DNA of 27,233 bases, from positions 1-27,233 of IMG/VR virus record IMGVR_UViG_3300009095_000061, one strand, 5' to 3'. Both the position numbers and the translations under genes were made by a program. The notes under the pieces are model-generated. The model ran no database searches. It was given only the letters and a program-made list of their open reading frames with translations, and was not told the DNA's origin. The stretch is from a virus (lineage: Duplodnaviria; Caudoviricetes). This document shows, one piece after another, positions 25,932 through 27,233 of this stretch. Position 1 is the stretch's first letter. The number at the start of each line of letters is the position of its first letter.

Positions 25932-27170
25932 GTGTCCGTCGCCGACGACGCCAACGTCAATATCGTCCTGTTCGACCCCGACGACAACGGCTTCTACAAA
26001 AGCCGCCTCCAGCAATGGTCGGGCCTGTGCCCCTGCATGAACTCCACCGAGTACCGCCTGCTGGCCATCCTCGTCGACCTGTGCTCCGAACGGGCCGTCT
26101 ACCGCAAGATCACCCTCGCCGAAATCGCCCAACTCCTGCCCACCGGCAAAACCGACGCCAACGGCAACCCCAAACCCGCCTCCAACTCCACCGTCGCCGC
26201 CTGCATCAACGCCCTCGCCGCCCTCGGCCAGATCACCGGCCCCGACGGCGAGACCGTCCGCGTCTCCAACAAAACCAAAGGCGACCTCCGGCTCGCCCCC
26301 CGCCGCCTCCTGCGCCACCCATGCCCGGCCTCACGCAACGTCTACGACGCCCTCGCCCGCGCCCGAGGGCTCGACGGCGACGACGGACCGCGCCACCCGA
26401 CCGGACTCAACGGCCTGGCACAGAATTCTGTGCCAGGCGGGGGAGCGGCACAGAATTCTGTGCCGCCAGCACAGAATTCTGTGCCAGGCGCACACAATTC
26501 TGTGCCCGACCAGGTCAACACACCCACCACAACCAGCGGAAATCGAGAAGGATCGATACCGCCCTCTAGTACTACCTCAAGAACTACACACACACCCACA
26601 CGCGCGCGCGAAGCGACCAGCCCCGACCGGCCCAAGACCGAAACGAGTGTGTGTGTCACGAACGAGGACATGAAACGCCTCAAGGAAGTGCTCCGCGCCA
26701 ACCTCATGCACCGCGCCACCGCCTCGGAACAAAAGAACATCGGCGACGGACCCAAAATCGCCATCCGCGACCTCGCCGTCCGCTGCCTGAACGCAGGCGC
26801 CACCACCGAGGAGATCGACATCGCCCTCTCCGGCGCCATCAACGAAGGCACCACCCACCCCTACACCCACGGCACCGAAGCCCTCAGCGCCCTCCTCGCC
26901 CGCAAACAAGGCACCGAAGACCCCCTCGGCACCCCCGAGGCCACCGAGGCCACCGAGGCCACTAAAGGCACCGAGGTCAACTCCTGGATCGACTCCGACG
27001 GCTTCGAATGGCCCCACCTCCGCGCCGACCAACGCACTGACGGCTGCGGCGGCCGCGAATGCTCCGACCACGGCGGCAAACGCTACGTCTCCATCGACCA
27101 CCCCGAACTCGGCGCCTTCAGCTGCCAAACATGCAAGAACGCTTACAAAAAGGAGGCCGCTGCAGCCTGA
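25932..27170 (+). CDS. Replication initiator protein (N-terminal winged HTH, internal origin, C-terminal Cys/His cluster)
   Basis: GAAAGGA RBS; STEYRLLAILVDL...ITLAEIAQLL...STVAACINALAALG wHTH; four A(Q/H)NSVP repeats encoded by iterons; CGGREC..H...CQTC. Confidence 0.75.
   Translation: MSVADDANVNIVLFDPDDNGFYKSRLQQWSGLCPCMNSTEYRLLAILVDLCSERAVYRKITLAEIAQLLPTGKTDANGNPKPASNSTVAACINALAALGQITGPDGETVRVSNKTKGDLRLAPRRLLRHPCPASRNVYDALARARGLDGDDGPRHPTGLNGLAQNSVPGGGAAQNSVPPAQNSVPGAHNSVPDQVNTPTTTSGNREGSIPPSSTTSRTTHTPTRAREATSPDRPKTETSVCVTNEDMKRLKEVLRANLMHRATASEQKNIGDGPKIAIRDLAVRCLNAGATTEEIDIALSGAINEGTTHPYTHGTEALSALLARKQGTEDPLGTPEATEATEATKGTEVNSWIDSDGFEWPHLRADQRTDGCGGRECSDHGGKRYVSIDHPELGAFSCQTCKNAYKKEAAAA
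26413..26505. repeat. Four palindromic iterons (candidate replication origin)
   Basis: GCACAGAATTCTGTGC at 26418, 26448 and 26469, and with one mismatch at 26490; spacing 30/21/21 bp. Confidence 0.85.
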
Positions 27171-27188
27171 CCGTCGCCGAGGCGCCGT

Positions 27189-27221
27189 GCAGCAGCGCTC
27201 ACCAACTATGAGCGCTGCTGC
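27189..27221. terminator. Inverted repeat downstream of rep (terminator or operator)
   Basis: 13-bp stem GCAGCAGCGCTCA/TGAGCGCTGCTGC. Confidence 0.5.
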
Positions 27222-27233
27222 TAATGTGAAAGA

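Larger units (their letters stand above)
1..27233. mobile_element. Actinobacterial siphovirus / probable phage-plasmid (partial genome)
   Basis: Contiguous tail morphogenesis genes, RecT/exonuclease/SSB module, ParA cassette and iteron-containing initiator; no host housekeeping genes and no integrase in the window. Confidence 0.9.

Noticed and set aside
26413-26505. Mini CRISPR array
   Set aside because: Spacers are only 5-14 bp and the repeats lie in frame inside a gene; iterons fit better
26935-26961. CCGAGGCCA x3 repeat in rep
   Set aside because: 9-bp in-frame unit encoding EAT in a low-complexity linker; consistent with slippage

Overview
The whole window is part of a high-GC actinobacterial siphovirus that probably replicates as a plasmid prophage (phage-plasmid). 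From 2-14396 (+) it carries a Cys-rich neck/tail module: head-tail adaptor, terminator-like protein, HK97 gp10-like protein, two tail chaperones, a 1234-aa tape measure, Dit-like and Tal-like proteins, and two tandem GDPD-fold/lectin-like tail proteins that appear catalytically dead. The module is split by an inverted three-gene partition cassette (RHH-like gene, parA, small parB-like gene) with 8-bp centromere-like repeats inside the parB-like gene. From 14510-25173 (-) is an early/accessory arm: a degenerate RNA-ligase-like gene, an HTH gene, Cas4-like exonuclease, RecT/Bet, SSB, a micro LPxTG-like protein, a stand-alone sulfotransferase and small membrane and RHH-like genes. After a divergent promoter region, a replication initiator (25932-27170, +) contains four palindromic iterons and is preceded by a candidate counter-transcribed RNA with its own promoter and terminator. 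No integrase, lysis genes, tRNA or CRISPR array are visible. Family calls come from motif recognition by eye, not from database searches.
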